Below are positions 8,391 to 17,916 of a stretch of 59,243 bases of DNA, one piece after another (positions within the stretch are counted from its first letter, which is position 1; every line of letters begins with the position of its first letter). The notes under the pieces were generated by a model, which did not search any database, had not been told where the DNA came from, and saw only the letters and a program-made list of their open reading frames with translations. The DNA is taken from assembly GCA_029260235.1 (NCBI GenBank), contig JAJDDP010000112.1, positions 1 through 59,243 of the forward strand, given 5' to 3'. A program made the translations under genes and the position numbers. This DNA comes from Phycisphaerae bacterium (GTDB taxonomy: Bacteria; Planctomycetota; Phycisphaerae; UBA1845).

Positions 8391-9932
8391 GTGAACGCCA
8401 GAATCATCCTTACCCAACTCGGCGTGTTGTTGATGGTGCTTAGCGGCTCTATCTTGGCCATCGCGTGCTGGTCGGGCATCCAAGCGCTGATGGGAGCTCC
8501 GGGCGAGTCGTTGGCATTCCGGGCTTTGGGGTATTCCGCCTTCACCGGAGCGGTGCTAGGCCTTGGACTCTGGCTCGGCAGCAAGAAACCCACCGGCGCC
8601 GTTGGACGCAAGGAAGCCCTGCTGTTGGTGGCCGTCAGTTGGTTGCTAGCCGGCGCCCTCTGCGCTTTACCCTACCGATTGTGGGCTGAGTTCGCCGCGG
8701 GGCAGGGCGATCACGATCCAGCCTTCGGGTCATACGTCAATTGTTACTTCGAAGCCATGAGCGGGCTAACCACCACCGGCGCCACTGTGCTCACCGACAT
8801 CGCGTCACTCCCTAGAAGCATGCTGCTCTGGCGTTCGTTGACCCACTGGCTGGGCGGCCTGGGTATCGTCGTGCTGTTTGTGGCTGTGCTGCCGATGCTC
8901 GGCGTGGGTGGCAAACGCCTGTTCAAGGTCGAAGCTCCCGGCCCGACATCAGAAGGGGTCAAGCCGCGCATCCAAGAGACGGCCCGCGCCCTTTGGATCA
9001 TTTACCTGGGCCTCACTTTCGCCGAAATCTTGTTGCTGTGGGTCTTTGGGTTGGACTTGTTTGAGTCGGTCTGCCACACGTTTGCGACCTTGGCGACTGG
9101 AGGGTTCAGCACGCGCGGAGGCAGCGTCGGCGAGATAAACTCCTTGTCCGTCGATGTCGTTCTCATCGTATTCATGGTCTTGGCCGGCATCAACTTCGGG
9201 CTGTACTACGCGATTTGGCGGGGCCATTGGCGCAACGTTTGGAAAGATCCTGAGCTGAGGGCCTACCTCGGCTTCATGGCGATTGCTTCAGCCGTAATCG
9301 TCGGGTTCCTCTGGGACGACATCATTGTCACCTCGGCAGGCCAGCAGGCTGAACCGTCATTTGGATCCGCCCTGCGCCACGGCGTGTTCCAGGTGGTATC
9401 TATTCAGACGACAACTGGTTACTGCACCGCCAATTTCGATCTTTGGCCTTTCGTGCCTAAGGCGATACTGCTCGGGCTGATGTTTGTTGGAGGCTGTGGC
9501 GGATCGACCGGAGGCGGTATCAAGGTCGCCCGAATCGTCATCATGGCCAAGGTTCTCTGGGCAGAGATTGAACGCGTATTCAGGCCCAATGTCGTCCGCC
9601 CCATCCGCATGGGGAAAACCACAATCGACCCTGAGCTCAGGCAGGGGGTAACCGTCTATGTGCTCATCATCCTGATCATCTTTGCGCTGGGCACTTTCGG
9701 GTTGATGGTTCTGGAGCGTTCAGCCGGGCTGGATATCACTACGGCTGCTACCGCCTGCGTGGCCACTCTGAACAACATAGGCCCAGGCCTAGCCAGGGTG
9801 GGGGCGATCGAGAACTTCGGCTGGTTCTCCGACGGCAGCAAAATCCTGATGAGTTTGCTCATGGCCTTGGGCAGGCTGGAAGTCTACGCCCTGCTCGTGC
9901 TCTTCGTACCAACTTTCTGGCGCGGAGAGTGA
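8391..9932 (+). CDS. trkH: Trk/Ktr family potassium transporter membrane subunit TrkH.
   Basis: GTG start. Selectivity-filter-like motifs TTTGATV, TTTGYCTANFDLWPF and GGCGGSTGGGIKV. Multi-pass hydrophobic profile. Lies immediately downstream of trkA. Confidence 0.85.
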   Translation: MNARIILTQLGVLLMVLSGSILAIACWSGIQALMGAPGESLAFRALGYSAFTGAVLGLGLWLGSKKPTGAVGRKEALLLVAVSWLLAGALCALPYRLWAEFAAGQGDHDPAFGSYVNCYFEAMSGLTTTGATVLTDIASLPRSMLLWRSLTHWLGGLGIVVLFVAVLPMLGVGGKRLFKVEAPGPTSEGVKPRIQETARALWIIYLGLTFAEILLLWVFGLDLFESVCHTFATLATGGFSTRGGSVGEINSLSVDVVLIVFMVLAGINFGLYYAIWRGHWRNVWKDPELRAYLGFMAIASAVIVGFLWDDIIVTSAGQQAEPSFGSALRHGVFQVVSIQTTTGYCTANFDLWPFVPKAILLGLMFVGGCGGSTGGGIKVARIVIMAKVLWAEIERVFRPNVVRPIRMGKTTIDPELRQGVTVYVLIILIIFALGTFGLMVLERSAGLDITTAATACVATLNNIGPGLARVGAIENFGWFSDGSKILMSLLMALGRLEVYALLVLFVPTFWRGE

Positions 9933-9995
9933 TCAGAAAGAGCAACCCGCGGGCAAACGCCTTGTATTATGCAGTAGTAAGCTGGAGGCTACGAC

Positions 9996-11360
9996 TTGTT
10001 GGGACCAGGAATTCACATTTTGATGGTTCTAGGTTTGTGCGTGTTCCAGCCCTCGGGGAACACCACTCAGCCATCAGACGATGCAGCTGCTACGGAACTT
10101 TTCGAACTGGTCACAGCTTACTTCAAAGCCCCCAAATCTTCTCAGCGGGCCAAGATTGCATCCCAGATTGCCGAACAGGCCGATAGCGATTTAGACGCGG
10201 TGGCTAATGCGGTTGGGCAAGTGCAACTTTGGAGTCCGCAGAAGTCGGGCTTCACCTCGTTTGAACTCAAGACGCGCGGCGAAACAAAGACGCCGGTCGA
10301 TGTGTTTGTGCCGCGCGACTACGATCCTTCGCAGGCCTATCCCCTCGTGGTGGTCTTGCACGGCCAGGGTGGACGGGGCAGGGGCGTCCTGGGTTACCTT
10401 TGGAAGATGCTTGGCCAACACGCCAACAACTTCATCATCGCAGCCCCAACCGGTTACCGCGGCTGCTCGTTCATGGAACCTGAAGACGCAGCGGGTGATC
10501 CCCCGGCATTATTGAGTGAACTGGTGAGGCGCTACCATGTGGACCGTGATCGCATCTACTTGGTAGGCTTTTCCATGGGAGGCCATGCCGCCTACATCAT
10601 GGCCACGCTCCACGGCTGCCATTTTGCTTCGGTAGTGTCAGTGGCCGGCACCCTGGTGCTCCCCTATACACAGCTATGTTCGTTGCTGCTGCCCAACATG
10701 CTCAACACACCGGTCATGGCTGTCTGGGGCAAAGAAGATCGTTTCGATGGCGAGGGTAAACCAGCCATCGGCGGTGGGATAGCCGGCGTCAACCGCCGAC
10801 TTCGCCGGTTGGCCCGCAAGGGCGATCTGCCGTTCACTGCGTTTGAAGTCGAGGAGGCTGGGCATATGGATGTTGAGCCACCCATAGAACCCCTCCTGGG
10901 GTTCTTGCAGATGAAGCGCCGGGCCGCCCCCAAGACCATCGTTCACTACTTCCGCTATCCAGAACAAGGCCGAAGCGGATGGCTGCGGCAAATCAAGTTC
11001 TTAGGTAGGCCGTGGAATGGGGCGCAACTGAGCGTGATAACCCGACCGGGTGTCGATTTTGACGAGTATGTGGTCGAAGCGGTGCGGAAAAAGCTCGCCT
11101 ACTTTGGAGGGACCATCGAGGGCCAAGACATCGACTTGCAGATGAGACGCACAGACAAATTGGAACTGCTGCTCAATGACAAGTTGATCGATCTGGACAA
11201 ACCGATTCACCTGAAGGTCAACGGCAAGATTCGTTTTGAGGACCAAGCAAAGCCGAGCATCAAAACGCTCTTGAAGATCGCCCACCGCGACTGGGATTTC
11301 CAGAACCTATACAGCGTGCGGCTCATCGTTGGTCGCAAAGCGCTTGCTCGGCAGGATTGA
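9996..11360 (+). CDS. Secreted alpha/beta-hydrolase (esterase/PHB-depolymerase-like, phospholipase/carboxylesterase family).
   Basis: TTG start preceded by GCTGGAGGCT RBS. Nucleophile elbow GFSMGGHAAY. VVVLHGQGG oxyanion region. N-terminal hydrophobic segment. Confidence 0.6.
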   Translation: MLGPGIHILMVLGLCVFQPSGNTTQPSDDAAATELFELVTAYFKAPKSSQRAKIASQIAEQADSDLDAVANAVGQVQLWSPQKSGFTSFELKTRGETKTPVDVFVPRDYDPSQAYPLVVVLHGQGGRGRGVLGYLWKMLGQHANNFIIAAPTGYRGCSFMEPEDAAGDPPALLSELVRRYHVDRDRIYLVGFSMGGHAAYIMATLHGCHFASVVSVAGTLVLPYTQLCSLLLPNMLNTPVMAVWGKEDRFDGEGKPAIGGGIAGVNRRLRRLARKGDLPFTAFEVEEAGHMDVEPPIEPLLGFLQMKRRAAPKTIVHYFRYPEQGRSGWLRQIKFLGRPWNGAQLSVITRPGVDFDEYVVEAVRKKLAYFGGTIEGQDIDLQMRRTDKLELLLNDKLIDLDKPIHLKVNGKIRFEDQAKPSIKTLLKIAHRDWDFQNLYSVRLIVGRKALARQD

Positions 11361-11396
11361 TTTCCGTAAGGGCTTGCGTTGGCCACACCTGCCCAA

Positions 11397-11906
11397 TCAT
11401 GCGTCGCTGGCTGTTTGCGACCAGTCTTCTTCATACAGCTGATAGGCTGTGGGCGTCATGCCCATATGCTTGTACGTCGCATGGGCTGGGGCGTTCTCGC
11501 TCTCCACATAGAGCCGGATCCCACAGACGTTCCCGCGGTCCTTGGCTGCATGCTTGATGTGCGCATAGATGGCAGCGAAGACGCCACGACGACGGACAGC
11601 GAGGGTCACATAAACGCTTTGAATCCACCAGAACATGCCATTTCGCCAGTCGCTCCATTCGAAGGTGATCATGGCTTGCCCGACCATCGTGCCATTCAGT
11701 TCAGCCACAAAGTAGCGGCCTAGTTGGGGATCAGCGAAGACAGCCTCGACGCCAGCGGCGATCACCCCATCGTCCAAGTGCCTGCCCTCTGATTCGATGG
11801 CCATGGCTTGGTTGAATGAAGCAATCGCAGGTCCGTCGCCAGGGATGGCTGAACGGACATGGAACGAATCTGCCAAATCTCCTGTGATCTTAGATGTGTC
11901 TTTCAT
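11397..11906 (-). CDS. GNAT family N-acetyltransferase.
   Basis: Acetyl-CoA binding region VTLAVRRRGVFAAIYAHIKHAAKDRGNVCGIRLYVESENAPAHATYKHMGM. Start set at MKDTSKITG (ATG 11906), which has a strong GGAGGAAGG RBS. The ORF-track start 12017 lacks an RBS. Confidence 0.75.
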   Translation of the reverse strand: MKDTSKITGDLADSFHVRSAIPGDGPAIASFNQAMAIESEGRHLDDGVIAAGVEAVFADPQLGRYFVAELNGTMVGQAMITFEWSDWRNGMFWWIQSVYVTLAVRRRGVFAAIYAHIKHAAKDRGNVCGIRLYVESENAPAHATYKHMGMTPTAYQLYEEDWSQTASDA

Positions 11907-12123
11907 GCTTGGTGTCCTTCCTCCAACGTAGCCCTCGGATTGGCTGGCAAGGGCCGAGAATATAGGGTTTTTTGCTAAGTGCCTACAGATGGCAGCAAAT
12001 TGGGCTGCCACCACCATCTTCTGACGCTCTTGGGTTGGAAGCTGGGCTTCTGATCAAGTATAATCAGCGATTCGATGATGCCGTTATGGATTCGGCACAC
12101 CCGGAGCAACCTGGAGGGGAACG

Positions 12124-13647
12124 ATGCACCTGGCAATTGCTAGTCGGAATACGCGCACAGACTACGGAACCAAAGTTGCCGCAGCGCTATTGGCGGTAGG
12201 CGTACTTGCGCCGTTTTGCCAAGCCTACGATCCCCTGGCCGGTGATTACTCCAAAGATCAACCGCTGGACATTCGCATTGTCGCATACAACCATAACCGG
12301 AATTTCATCGAGGATTCGAACACCGATGCAGCCTTTGACCGCATCCTAGTCGCGCTGAACCCCGACATCATCTGCTTCCAAGAGTTTACCAGTAACACGT
12401 CCCAAAACGATGTTGCCAACCGCCTCAACAGCATCTTGCCCACAGGCGGGAGCGGCTGGCAGATTCATTTTGGACTGCTAGGCGGGATTCGGACAGTGCT
12501 CGCCTCACGCCATCCCCTGACCATGACCCGCACCGACACCATTCCCGCTTCTTCCACGCGGGGTGTGACCATTGCCTTGGTCGATCTTCCCGATGCCGAT
12601 TACAGCCTGGATGTCTATCTTCTCGGTGTACATCTAAAATGCTGTGGCAACCCTGGTGGTTCTGAGGATGCCAGCCGGCAAGACAGCGCCGACGCCATGG
12701 CCAACTGGATCGGCGATGCCCGCGGCGTGTCCAGGCCTTCCGGCGAAAACATCGCCTTGCCCGCCAATACGCCGATCATCTGCTTGGGTGACTTCAACAT
12801 GGTGGGCGGTCCCCAGCCGGAAGATACCCTGATCACCGGGAACATTCAGGATGAAGGCACCTACGGTCCTGACGTGCAGGGTGACTGGGATGTTTCTGAT
12901 ATGACCAACCTAGGCCCGGTCGATCCATTTACCGGCGACGACTTCACCTGGCAGGGCAGCCAGAGTTTTGCCCCCAGTGCGTTGGATCGATTCATCTACA
13001 CCGATAGCGCTGCCACCGTCGCCAACGCTTTCATCCTCAATACCGATACCATGACCTCGGGTGCACTTGCAGCTGCCGGCTTGCAATCAGGAGATACGTT
13101 GCCCGAGAACTCTTCCGACCATCTGCCCATCGTCATGGACGTGCGCATGAGCGGGGTTCCCGAATGCACGACACCTGCTGAATGCGACGACGGACTGTTT
13201 TGCAACGGGGCTGAGGCCTGCGTAGCTAACACCTGCCAACCGGGTACGCCGCCCATCCTGGACGATGGCGTCGGATGCACAATCGATGGTTGCGATGAAA
13301 CCAACGACATCGTCACTCACGCACCCGACAACGGCTTGTGCCCCGACAACAGCGTGTTCTGCGATGGCCTCGAATCGTGCGACCTGGTCTTGGACTGCAT
13401 CTCGAGCGGCACGCCATGCACAGCGGGCACTTGGTGCGACGAAGCCAACATCGCCTGCCCTGCTTTTGGCGGCGGAGATTTTGAGCCGGACGCTGATGTG
13501 GATTTGATTGACGTGGCTGCATTCCTGCGCTGCTTCGGCTCGTCGGCAGGGCCGGGCTGCTATGCAGCCAATCTCTTGGGTAACGACGGTATCGTGGGCT
13601 TAGATGACTGGTCGGCATGCGTGACAGCCATGACCGGTCCCCAGTGA
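12124..13647 (+). CDS. Secreted endonuclease/exonuclease/phosphatase (EEP) family protein with a C-terminal Cys-rich region and a dockerin-like tail.
   Basis: Signal peptide KVAAALLAVGVLAPFCQA. EEP motifs IVAYNHN, DIICFQEF and SDHLPIVMDV. C-terminal CDDGLFCNGAEACVANTCQPG...CDGLESCD Cys-rich repeats and GGGDFEPDADVDLIDVAAFLRCFG. GGAGGGG RBS. Confidence 0.7.
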   Translation: MHLAIASRNTRTDYGTKVAAALLAVGVLAPFCQAYDPLAGDYSKDQPLDIRIVAYNHNRNFIEDSNTDAAFDRILVALNPDIICFQEFTSNTSQNDVANRLNSILPTGGSGWQIHFGLLGGIRTVLASRHPLTMTRTDTIPASSTRGVTIALVDLPDADYSLDVYLLGVHLKCCGNPGGSEDASRQDSADAMANWIGDARGVSRPSGENIALPANTPIICLGDFNMVGGPQPEDTLITGNIQDEGTYGPDVQGDWDVSDMTNLGPVDPFTGDDFTWQGSQSFAPSALDRFIYTDSAATVANAFILNTDTMTSGALAAAGLQSGDTLPENSSDHLPIVMDVRMSGVPECTTPAECDDGLFCNGAEACVANTCQPGTPPILDDGVGCTIDGCDETNDIVTHAPDNGLCPDNSVFCDGLESCDLVLDCISSGTPCTAGTWCDEANIACPAFGGGDFEPDADVDLIDVAAFLRCFGSSAGPGCYAANLLGNDGIVGLDDWSACVTAMTGPQ

Positions 13648-13672
13648 TCGACGTGCTTGGCGTGCCGGGGCC

Positions 13673-14659
13673 TTAATGCCCATCCTGCTGGGCGGGGGCC
13701 GCCTTCTTGATCAACCAGCCATTCCATTCTTGTTGATACGCAGCCGAATTGGCGGCTGTGATCAGGCGGAGGGGTGCATTAAATCGCGGCAAGATCAACG
13801 TCTTGCCTTCTAGCGTCGCGGCGCACATTTCGATGGCCCGACTCATGATCTTCTCGTAATCGGCTACGACCACAGTGTCACAATGCCCGGCCTGGATCTG
13901 TTCATGTATGCCCGGCAAAGGCCCTGGACGAACCAGGCGCCAGCGGACGGCTACCCCATCTTCGGCGACCAGTTTGGCGACCGGCCAATCACCCAGCGAC
14001 GCCCAGCCATCCAGTCCCGGGAAACGTTCGGTGGTTTCACCCAGAATATCCTTTAGGTGCAACAGCCGCTCGCTGCAATCCACTTCCTTCAGCATAGTTA
14101 GGCGTGGATATCGTTTCATTTTCCGCCTAAAACCGATGAGCCGTTGGCGATAGCTTGGATCTCCTCCTGCATGCAGAACAGCATAGGTGCCGTGTCCTTC
14201 GATCTGGCCAGCCAAGGCCTCTGCCAACCGCACGCCCAGTTCCATCTCGTCGATGCCGCTAAACAAGAACGGCTCGCCAGCATCGACCGACTTCATCAAC
14301 GCAACGACCACCACACCTGCATCGCGAAGTCGCTCTAACATCGGCCTGCTCGCCAAAGGATCAGCTACTTGGATGCAGACCGCCCGCAGACCCTGCTCTT
14401 GCAGGTCATCGAGCAGGGCGGCTTGCAGCTGGTGAGAGGGTCTTTCCGGAGCGACGCACCGAAGCTCGTATTCTGCGGTGGTCCGTTGGAAGCGAGCCGT
14501 CGTCGCCTCAAGAATAGGCCAAAGCGGATCGGTTTGGCTGGTGCCAATCACCGCGATCACACCGCCTTGGCGACTACGACTTCGTGGATCTGACGGTTCG
14601 CACCCGGTGACGGCCACAACTGAGATCATCAATAGTCCGATAGTGAGCGGGCGACTCAT
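13673..14659 (-). CDS. Lipoprotein with periplasmic-binding-protein type I fold (sugar/LacI-type substrate-binding domain).
   Basis: MSRPLTIGLLMISVVAVTGC lipobox (start ATG 14659; the ORF-track start 14692 is 11 codons upstream). VIAVIGTSQTDPLWP...AVCIQVADP pattern typical of Peripla_BP_1/4. Confidence 0.55.
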   Translation of the reverse strand: MSRPLTIGLLMISVVAVTGCEPSDPRSRSRQGGVIAVIGTSQTDPLWPILEATTARFQRTTAEYELRCVAPERPSHQLQAALLDDLQEQGLRAVCIQVADPLASRPMLERLRDAGVVVVALMKSVDAGEPFLFSGIDEMELGVRLAEALAGQIEGHGTYAVLHAGGDPSYRQRLIGFRRKMKRYPRLTMLKEVDCSERLLHLKDILGETTERFPGLDGWASLGDWPVAKLVAEDGVAVRWRLVRPGPLPGIHEQIQAGHCDTVVVADYEKIMSRAIEMCAATLEGKTLILPRFNAPLRLITAANSAAYQQEWNGWLIKKAAPAQQDGH

Positions 14660-14862
14660 GCCGATAGCTCCACAGGGCCATGGGGCGGGCAATACAGCAA
14701 TTTTTCTTCAAAACAGCCTTCTTCCGTCCTTCGTTGGCGATTGCGCCTGATCCGCGCCGATGTTACTTGCATCCGCGGGCCAACGCGGGCATAATGATGG
14801 GTCTGCGTGTTCGTGGCTGCAAGAAGAACATTGACATCCAAAGAGAGGATCGGGAAGACTTT

Positions 14863-15606
14863 ATGGGCGAACTGATCGCTTCGTTACAGCGGCTTCAAGA
14901 AATCGAGTTAGAGCTTAACCGGATTCGCAAGGGAGAGGAAGCGAAGCTTCGTCAAATCAGCGGGGCAAGCAGAAAAATCGTCAGGCTAGATGACGACCTT
15001 CTTGATCTCGGACGGACCAGCGACCAACTCCAGCGCGAATCCAACGCGCTTGAACTTGAAGTCAAGACACGCGAAGCAGCCGTAACCAAACACCGCGAAG
15101 AACTCCTCAAAGCCCGCACTAATAAAGACTATGCCACCATTCTGACGGCCATCAACACCGAAAAAGCTGACACCTCAAAGATCGAGCAGTTGGCCTTGGA
15201 AAAACTCACCGAGGTTGAAGGCTTCCAAGCTCAAATCACTACGCGCGAAGAAGAGAAGTCTGGAATTCAGGCTCGCCAAGACAAGGTCCAGGCGGCCTTG
15301 GACGCATATCGTGCCGAGACTGCAGACGAGCGCGAACGACTGGAGCAGTCCCGCAAAGAAGCATCAACAACATTGCCCGCTTCAGCCCTAAGCACCTTCA
15401 CCCGCGTCGCTGATCACCATGAAGGCGAAGCATTGGCGGAAGTGTTGAAGATTCATCCCAAGCGCGAGGAATATGCGTGCGGCGGCTGCAACATGCAGAT
15501 TCCTCTTGATTCAGTCAATACGCTCCGCTCCAGGGATGAAATCCGATTCTGCGCAAGTTGCGGTCGCATCCATTACCTGGCCGACACCCAAGTTGTCCGC
15601 GCGTAG
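14863..15606 (+). CDS. Zinc-ribbon domain protein of the COG1579 family (coiled coil + C-terminal C4 zinc ribbon).
   Basis: Coiled-coil body. C-terminal CGGCNMQIPLDS...CASCGRIHY zinc ribbon. Start at MGELIASLQ (ATG 14863), preceded by a GAGAGGA RBS. The ORF-track start 14680 adds an implausible 61-aa basic leader. Confidence 0.65.
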   Translation: MGELIASLQRLQEIELELNRIRKGEEAKLRQISGASRKIVRLDDDLLDLGRTSDQLQRESNALELEVKTREAAVTKHREELLKARTNKDYATILTAINTEKADTSKIEQLALEKLTEVEGFQAQITTREEEKSGIQARQDKVQAALDAYRAETADERERLEQSRKEASTTLPASALSTFTRVADHHEGEALAEVLKIHPKREEYACGGCNMQIPLDSVNTLRSRDEIRFCASCGRIHYLADTQVVRA

Positions 15607-15885
15607 AACGATCCGCGCGACGGCTTGCACTGATCGCTGACATGATGCGTTAACGCCTTGGTTGAGCACTGGCAATCATACAAAAGCGATGGCGCCAGTG
15701 CTGTCCATTGGCAGCGCTGTTCGCAACATCGACTTCTGGACGTCGATCTGCGAGACTGGGCAGCCCTCCAAGATTCAATTCCCAACTAGCACCTGCCCAC
15801 CCTTGTTCCCGCTTGGTAGGGCATACTTACTGCGTCGCGTTGACGCACGGTGCCTGCTTTACTAGAGTGGCGTGCGGATCAATTT

Positions 15886-16761
15886 ATGGCCGCATTCATG
15901 CCATTCAATCGGGGCCGGTGGGTAACCCTGGCAGTCTTGCTGATGTGTTCGGGTTGCAGTTGGTTTGCCCAAACGTTCGGCCAAGCCCCCACCCCCGCCA
16001 GCGAACCGCCCTCAGACCAGACCGCTTTCGACTCTGGTGCCGCCATTGGTGAGGCTCCGGGCGGTGATGAACTCATCGTCATCCAGATGCAGTTTGACGT
16101 ATTGCGCGTCGAACTGCCCGCCCAGGATGTTCAGCACAGCGAAAAGGTGTGGAACTATACCAACGAGCTGTGCGGCGATCCGGTACAGGCTGCCATGTTG
16201 CGCCGCAACGGATTTCGGGTAGGTGCTGCCACCGCCGATACATGGGCCGCCTTGCGGGCCATGTTTGAGGCCTGTGGCGCTACCGCTACCCGGGCTTCGC
16301 ACATCGTTCAGCACAGTGCGCCGCTGACCTTGGACCTTGGCCCTATCGAGCATGCCGAATCTTTTTTTCTGTTCACGCCCGATAATCAACTGATTGGGCA
16401 GACCTTCGATCGGGGCAACAAGTACATTCATCTGGATTACGCCGTACCCCCCGAAGCGGGCGGGGCGATCATGGTTCAGATCACGCCTGAAGTTCACCGG
16501 TTGAGCCAGCAGAAGCGATGGCGGCGCGAAGGGGATGAGATTCGCGAGGTTCACGACTATGAGGGAAAGGTGTACCATCTGTTGAGCCACATGGTGAACA
16601 TTCCGCCGGGCCAATTCTTGATCATAGGCCCTGACACCAGTGGTGCAAGTGCGTTGAGTGTGGGCCACCGTTTCTTGAGGCGAAAGCACATGGGCAAACA
16701 ATTTGAGACCGTACTTTGCATTACCCCCCAGCCCTTCCGAGTAGAGCTGGCGAAGCGCTAA
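15886..16761 (+). CDS. Hypothetical lipoprotein, translationally coupled to the downstream histidine kinase.
   Basis: WVTLAVLLMCSGCSW lipobox. The stop TAA overlaps the ATG of the kinase gene (TAATG at 16759-16763). The start is uncertain: GTG 15850, ATG 15886 or 15898. Confidence 0.5.
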   Translation: MAAFMPFNRGRWVTLAVLLMCSGCSWFAQTFGQAPTPASEPPSDQTAFDSGAAIGEAPGGDELIVIQMQFDVLRVELPAQDVQHSEKVWNYTNELCGDPVQAAMLRRNGFRVGAATADTWAALRAMFEACGATATRASHIVQHSAPLTLDLGPIEHAESFFLFTPDNQLIGQTFDRGNKYIHLDYAVPPEAGGAIMVQITPEVHRLSQQKRWRREGDEIREVHDYEGKVYHLLSHMVNIPPGQFLIIGPDTSGASALSVGHRFLRRKHMGKQFETVLCITPQPFRVELAKR

Positions 16762-17876
16762 TGGCGAACCCGCACGCTCACGACGGCCCAACCGAGGATC
16801 GGTTCGCGTCTGGTGATCTTTTTCGTCTGTTGTGCGAGCACGCTGGTGTCGCGCTCATCGCTACGGACAAAGATTTGAAGATCCAATTTTGGAATGCAGG
16901 GGCAGGCCGGATTTTTGGAGCAGCAGCATCGCCTATGGTGGGCACGCCGATGCTTTCCATCCTGCCTGCCCAAAACAGGGCAGCCGCCGAGAAAATTCTT
17001 CGAGCATCCATTACCCATCACGAAATCAGCGAATTTGAATTCGACCAGCGCGACCAAAAGGGCGAGTTGGGTCACTTTTCTGCCTCCATTTCACCCTTGG
17101 TCAATGACGAGGACCACACCCTGGGAACAGCGATCTGGGTGCGAGACATCACCCGGCGAACGCGCCTGCACAAAGAAGTTGCCCATGGCCGGAAGATGTC
17201 TGCCCTCGGTGAGATGGCCGGGGCAATCTCCCATTACTTCAACAATATCCTTGGCGGATTGGTCACCAGTATCGATTTTGCAATTACGACCGGGATTCCT
17301 CAAATCGAACACAAGACTCTGGTCCAAGCTGCACGTTCCTTGGGCCGGGCTGCGCGGCTTGTGCAAAACCTCTTGGCCTTTGCAGAAGGCGACCACCGCT
17401 CGGAGGACCAAGCCGATCTGACCGAAGTCCTGCTCTTCGCCATCGACGCCGTAGAACCCGACCTCGGCGCTGCAGGCGTGGAGTTGAAATTGGATATTTC
17501 GCCGGTACCGGTGACGGCTGTCCCGCGCAAGCAGTTCATGACCGCCATCCTCAACATTATGCACAACGCCAAAGACGCGATGCCTTCAGGTGGCAGGCTG
17601 AGTGTTGCCCTTGAAACGCGCGACCAAGAATGCGTTGCTCGTATCGAGGATACAGGCGTCGGAATGGCAGAAAACGAGCTGGAGCGGATCTTTGAGCCGT
17701 TCTACAGCACAAAGACACTTCCCGACAACCCCGAAGATCGCGCTCCAGGGCTTGGCTTAGCCGTCGCCCACGGCATTATCCAGGAGTGTGGAGGCCACAT
17801 CTTGGTCAAGTCAATAGTCGGGGAGGGATCAGTCTTTGAAATTAGCATCCCCTTTGGCACGACCCCAAACCGCTGA
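16761..17876 (+). CDS. PAS-domain sensor histidine kinase.
   Basis: PAS-like N-terminus (LLCEHAGVALIATDKDLKIQFWNAGAGRIFG). HisKA H-box HGRKMSALGEMAGAISHYFNNILG. HATPase_c N/G1/G2 boxes (MHNAKDAM, EDTGVGM, GLGLAVAHGIIQECGG). Confidence 0.8.
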   Translation: MANPHAHDGPTEDRFASGDLFRLLCEHAGVALIATDKDLKIQFWNAGAGRIFGAAASPMVGTPMLSILPAQNRAAAEKILRASITHHEISEFEFDQRDQKGELGHFSASISPLVNDEDHTLGTAIWVRDITRRTRLHKEVAHGRKMSALGEMAGAISHYFNNILGGLVTSIDFAITTGIPQIEHKTLVQAARSLGRAARLVQNLLAFAEGDHRSEDQADLTEVLLFAIDAVEPDLGAAGVELKLDISPVPVTAVPRKQFMTAILNIMHNAKDAMPSGGRLSVALETRDQECVARIEDTGVGMAENELERIFEPFYSTKTLPDNPEDRAPGLGLAVAHGIIQECGGHILVKSIVGEGSVFEISIPFGTTPNR

Positions 17877-17916
17877 ATGTTCTGCAACTCCGTCGACCAT
17901 GCCAACATTGGCTTGG

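Noticed and set aside
9933-9995. CCCGCGGG palindrome downstream of trkH as a possible terminator
   Set aside because: It is a self-complementary 8-mer only, with no loop and no T-tract. The strong RBS of the next gene follows directly, which suggests read-through or a promoter region instead.
16012-16791. 259-aa minus-strand ORF antisense to the lipoprotein gene
   Set aside because: No RBS and no recognisable domains. It is typical of spurious open frames on the non-coding strand of high-GC genes, and it fully overlaps the lipoprotein-kinase coupled pair.
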